Below, one piece after another: positions 59,064 through 64,000 of a DNA stretch of 64,000 nt (within the stretch, counting starts at the first letter, position 1; each line of letters starts with the position of its first letter). The position numbers and the translations under genes are program-made. The notes under the pieces are model-generated. The model made no database searches. It was not told where the DNA came from and worked only from the letters and a program-made list of their open reading frames with translations. The DNA comes from Vermamoeba vermiformis (lineage: Eukaryota): positions 124,001-188,000 of the forward strand of contig JBEWZL010000232.1 in NCBI GenBank assembly GCA_045837725.1, given 5' to 3'.

Positions 59064-61615
59064 TTACTTGGCACTCAAGTACAGTGTTTCAAAGATGTTA
59101 CGCTTGACAAAATTGACTACCATTCCCTCGCCAAAACCACATTCGACGAGTTGTTCGACCTGCATTATAATTGTAAGCAATTACTGCGGATCGTCCGAGT
59201 AAGATCAGGTTAGGTACTTACGTTTTTAATTCTTTGTTCAACGCGATAATTAATGATGTCTTGGGCGCGCTTCTTGCCAATAGTTTCGAGCTCTTGAATG
59301 GCTTTAATATCACCTTCATTCAAGATGCTCAAAACTTTCGCGAGAACAGTTTGGATCTTGTCGTCCGTTAGCGACGGCAATTGATTGCGAATGTTGCGCT
59401 TCATGGCCTCAAAATCTTTGCTTGATGATCGTCTCTTCTTTTTGGGATTTTCATCGTCCTATTAAGGCGTCAGTCATTTTCCAATATTACTTGGAAATGT
59501 GATTACGAGCACGTACCGACTCAGAATGCGACAACTTTCGCTTTGAGCCAACTTTAGAGTCCGCAGCTTGTTCGAGCAGCGCATTGAAGTTGGGCATGTT
59601 CTCTTTGTTCTTTGTCGCGGCAGGCTTGACCTTGCCCTCCAACTCTTTGATGCGTCGATCGAGCTTGTCCGTGATTTCTTCTGGTGAAAGCATGCTGCGT
59701 GCTACGAGCGGTGTTAGTCGTTTGCTTTATGGTGCTTTAAAGTACTCACCAATCTTATAGTACTCCAGCGCAGCAGTGTCGAGTCCTCGCTCATCAAACT
59801 CTTTTGCTTTGACAATCTTGCTCAACACTTTGCGCTTCTTGGTGGCAGGTGTGTAAAGCGGCATTTTAGCGTAGCCTTCGTTGTGGACCGAGGCGATTTG
59901 TTCTTCTTTTCGCTTCTTTTTGCTGTTGCAGGTGTTAACGCGAGATGATCTGACACGTGTCATCAAAAGTACTTACTATTGTGTGACAACTTCGTGTTCA
60001 AGTAACTCAAGACGTTCTTGATCTGCAGCGTCCAAGATACCTTTGTCTCGTAGCACGTGACTAGGCACCGTTAGAACCAAGATGCGTGAAAACAGTGTGT
60101 TACGTACCCAACGAGTTTGACTTGTTTTTCCTTCTCCAACTTTTCCAATCTCTTAGTAATCTCAGCGAACTTCTTTTCAGCCTCGTTGATGACTTGTGTA
60201 TTTACAACAGGAGCAACAGTAGCGACTGGCTTAGTCTCCTTGATTTTAACCTCGACGGGAGGAGGTCGAACTTCCTCTGTAAGAAGCATTTCAGTTAGAG
60301 TTCATCGCAGGTACCGATGTTAGTTGTCATTACCTTGAACATTAATGGTGGGATTATTGACGATCAATCTCGACTTGGCAGCGAAATTCAATGCGTTTTG
60401 TGTGTTGTTGTAGTGAGCGAGACCTGGGGCCACATTAGCAATCATAACTGAATAGCTGTTGCCACCCAATGAGTCCTAAAAGGTGCGTTAGTTTAATTCT
60501 TTCGGGTATTATGAATAGCCCTTACTTGTAGCAGTCGTGTCAACTTGGAGTCGCGATAAGGAATGCGTTTCTGTTGGTCGTTAAGAGCTGTCACAACTTT
60601 GCCGAGAACAAAGAGCGATGTGTTGATGTTAGTAGACTCGGTCATTCTATTATTAAACGTGTTAGCTTCGCATTTATGCACGCGTTGAAGTCGTACCTAA
60701 CGCCAGTGTTGTCTGTTCGACGGTTGTCTTCACTGCCAGCAAGATCGATCAAATGCAATTTGCCTGCAATCTTTTTGTTGCCGTCGACACGTTGTACTTT
60801 GATGGTTAAAATAGCATGACTACGCGATGATTGGTTATTGAGCTTAGTTGGACCAACGGATCTATTGCGACATCCTTGTTCGTAGAGCGTTTCGAAGTGC
60901 TTAAAATCTTTAATAGGGACCTGCATCGAGTTAGTACGTAAACTTTGTAAGAAATATATACTGAACATACATCAGCGAGGCCAGGAATAACGATATTTTT
61001 GTTCATATCTTCGCGGATCGGAAGATCTGTCTCTTTTGCTTCCAATAAGTCGTACAGCTTCTCGTTATAGATCTCATAATATGATACAGAGACTGTGTAC
61101 GGTAAGGCTTGACTTTTAGCTTTTTTGTCTCGCTCTTCGATGCTTTGTATCATTTTTAAAACTGTTTCTACGGATCTTGGAATAATACCAGGCTCTGCTG
61201 CTGTGCCTTGCATAGTATGTGTTTTACCTAATTTAAATTAGTATTTCGTTTACATAGAATTAATAGTTTAATTACCAGCGCCAGTCATGCCATAACAGAA
61301 AATAGACGTGTTAATGCCGTGCATCAAAGGTTTAAGCACAGGCTCAATTTCTTCATCAAAAATGGATGCTTGTTTCGCGTCGACATCAAAGCAGCGATCA
61401 AATCTATTATTATACAATTATTTATTTGTTTTTTGGATCGAAATAATTTTTTGGACTTACGAGTATCGAACTGCCTCTGTCTTGCTGGAATATACTAATT
61501 CTAATATTTTTGAATTTTTTGCATCAACGTAAACACATCTTTGCTTTGGTTCGTGTGATAAGAATGGTCTGATTCGAACAATAACTTTGACTTTTGATTT
61601 TTGAGGCTCCGCCAT
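59064..61615 (-). CDS. Kinesin-10/KIF22 (Kid)-like chromokinesin
   Basis: [25 protein letters not shown] and [13 protein letters not shown], plus a C-terminal HhH-like [20 protein letters not shown]. Confidence 0.88.
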
Positions 61616-61697
61616 TGTGATCAGCAGATCTGTAATCAAAAGTTGCTATACCTCTCGTTCCAATTACAAGTAGTTACAAAGTATGCGTAAAATGCAC

Positions 61698-61746
61698 TTG
61701 GCGGGTTTTGCAACGGCCAAACAAAATTTGAAATATTTTTGGCGGG
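61698..61746. promoter_or_regulatory. Two TTGGCGGG E2F-like sites flanking TTTGAA in the kinesin/HPS3 divergent promoter
   Basis: Sites at 61698-61705, 61727-61732 and 61739-61746. Confidence 0.45.
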
Positions 61747-61822
61747 ATTGAAATCATGACTTAACTGCCGCGTGACTTAATTTTGGAGACGGAAAAATCA
61801 TAGTGTATTTCAAGCATATTGA

Positions 61823-64000
61823 ATGGCAACCAAAGTATTGCCATTTAATTTATTCACGGGCGAGCAGAAAAATATATCTGCTAAAGATGAGCCCACTCAT
61901 ATCACAGCGGCCCCGGATGTGGTGTTGATCGCAACCAAGCAAGGTAATAATAGCTTAAAAAATTATTATAATTAATTTGCATCGTGAACCTTCCTAATGT
62001 ATTGTTAATTTAAACCTACGGCGTACTTATAATTAATTCCTAATTTTTTAAAGGTAAAATTCAGGTGTACGACAGAAACAATGATTCTCCGTTGTTATTT
62101 GAGTTCAATACAAGGAACTCGACGATTTACAGCCTACAGTACATGAATGAGAACGGATAGTACGTTATTTTACTGACAAAACGCTCAGCATTGACATTTC
62201 TTCAGTGTTTTAACAATCGAAAAAGAACGCGAGCAATCAGCAATTAATGTGATTCGAATTTACACTAACTGGAGAGATCTGCCACAACAATATGGTACGT
62301 TTAAAAGATCAACGTACGTGTCAGTTAATCGTCGAATTTTTGTAGACTTGGTCGATGCTACATCATCCATGACACCTGTCAAATCAGGAATGTCGTTGAA
62401 AGAAGTACAAAATATTGCACCTGAGGTATGACAAACAATTGAATGGTTGAATATGGACTAATGACTGACAGCGTCACAAACTTCTTGTGTACACATTACC
62501 ACTTCCGAGTTCAGTGCAAACAATGTCAGTTTGTCCTGTCAGCAGTTACATTGCCGCGTGCACGGATAAAGTGATATCGATATATTCAGCAAAGGCGAAT
62601 AGTCCGATAGAATGGGTCTTGGACATAAAGGCCGATGAAGTCAAAAAGGTCGTGTTGTATGATAGATATTTAGGTAAGTATACGAAGCTTCAAATATTAC
62701 ACGATACGATCTAATCGATGATTTTAGCGTATTACACCGAGAAAGAGGTGTTTGCATTGAAATTGAAGATTGAAAAAGTTAACGACAAACAGCCATCAGA
62801 TTTCACAGATTTGTGATGGCAAAAGAGATCGCTCAGCCTCAAGCACGAGATAGTGATACTATGCATAGTGTCGCATTTAAAAATATTGAAATAGCGTCGA
62901 GGAAGTTAACGCTGTCTCGTGCAAACAGTCAAACATTTAGTGCTGACGACAAGTCTGGTCAAAAGTATTCTTATTACGAAGAGGACGAGCAGTACATTGA
63001 GTGCGTGTTTGATGACTCACAAATCATTCCGTGGGTCAACATTAACGTCCCTAGTCTGGCACAAGTCAATGCCGCAACATTTGCAAGCATCAACACGCCC
63101 AAAGAGATCTTAGGGCCTATCAAAGACGTTCATATTGTGACAGTCAACGTAGAAGATAATTTCAGGCTACGATCCTCGTCTGTGATGTATTACAAGTACG
63201 TAGTATATTTTGCAACCCAACGAGTATTAACAAAGAGTATAGACGGTTGGCACAAAACGAATCGATTCAGCAGATCTGTTTGGTACCTGAATATGCTGAT
63301 CAAGCTGGCGCTAAGAACAAGTTGAGTGGCATGCGCTTGTTAGTGTCCACGACGCGTCAAGTGAGTACATTTATATCTTAATACGGCACATGATTAACGA
63401 CCGATTAGGGAGTGCTGTTCGATATTTCCAACAACACGCACCACATTATCACGTTCAACTACAGTGACGACATTATTGACTGTGTGGCCTCACCAATGTT
63501 CTTGTACTCGATCACTGATACTGGTACGACAATACCATGTTATTTCGGTGTTGTTTATACATTTACGTAGGGCTTGAAATCTTCGCCATGCGTGCCACGC
63601 GAAGTAGTTTTGACGACAACTCGATGCCAACAACTAAGCCGTGCATCATCGGCATTCAACCTTTCAATGGCCTCAAGACACTCGTAGTCGAAAAAGACAC
63701 GCTCGTATTGATGTGCTTGTAAGTGCTTTATTACTTGACATCCGTACCTCCATTAACCAACCATTATTCAGAATCTCCGAGGCTGCTCTGCTACGAAAAA
63801 TGTCGCAAAAGATTGACGTGAAGGGAATGACCAAATCACCGTCAAAGAAAGAAGATGTCATGGGCTGGAACATTTACACATTGAAGCACACCACGACCGC
63901 TGACATTTTCAACCAAATTTCACGCAAGGCAGAGACTTCGCGCGACAATCAAACCGTCGAATATCAATTGTTGCTCGAAGCACATGCCCTCGTGTCATCA
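61823..64000 (+). CDS. HPS3: BLOC-2 subunit HPS3-like (runs off the window edge)
   Basis: FNLFTGEQK..EP, GYVLTIEKE..IRIYTNWR and FLYSITDTGLEIFAMR resemble the HPS3 N-terminal propeller as I recall it. Confidence 0.65.

Noticed and set aside
18206-61615. Functional chromosome-segregation cluster (POT1, separase, tubulin, kinesin)
   Set aside because: These genes are interspersed with unrelated ones, so chance in a gene-dense genome is sufficient without synteny data.
1-64000. Alternative genetic code or stop-codon readthrough
   Set aside because: The in-frame stops I examined are explained by introns, and TAA, TAG and TGA are all used as terminators.

Overview
This is gene-dense, intron-rich eukaryotic nuclear DNA. 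It has GT-AG introns of mostly 45-300 nt with CTAAC-like branch points and uses the standard code. An amoebozoan-type protist is inferred from gene content, not proven. I reconstructed about 29 protein genes by hand. They include a Cbl-like EF/SH2 protein, an IPT/TIG transcription factor, a SET methyltransferase, CASTOR, two HTH paralogs, POT1, a beta-lactamase-fold secreted protein, a Ubl-PH-CRIB STE20 kinase and HDDC2. Further along are a LamG receptor tyrosine kinase, PAQR, KCTD, WDR82, RPL27A, MIX23, ferredoxin, separase, an EGF-repeat protein, a very divergent intronless tubulin, a potato-I inhibitor, a GT77-like transferase, a KIF22-like kinesin and HPS3. The most striking non-coding feature is two identical tRNA-Arg(UCG) genes 11.5 kb apart. 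Each is followed at identical spacing by the same 71-nt hairpin ending in AGA-N3/4-T6, and one copy lies in the last intron of the kinase gene. CDS coordinates are gene spans from start to stop including introns. Family calls come from motif recognition and memory, not database searches.
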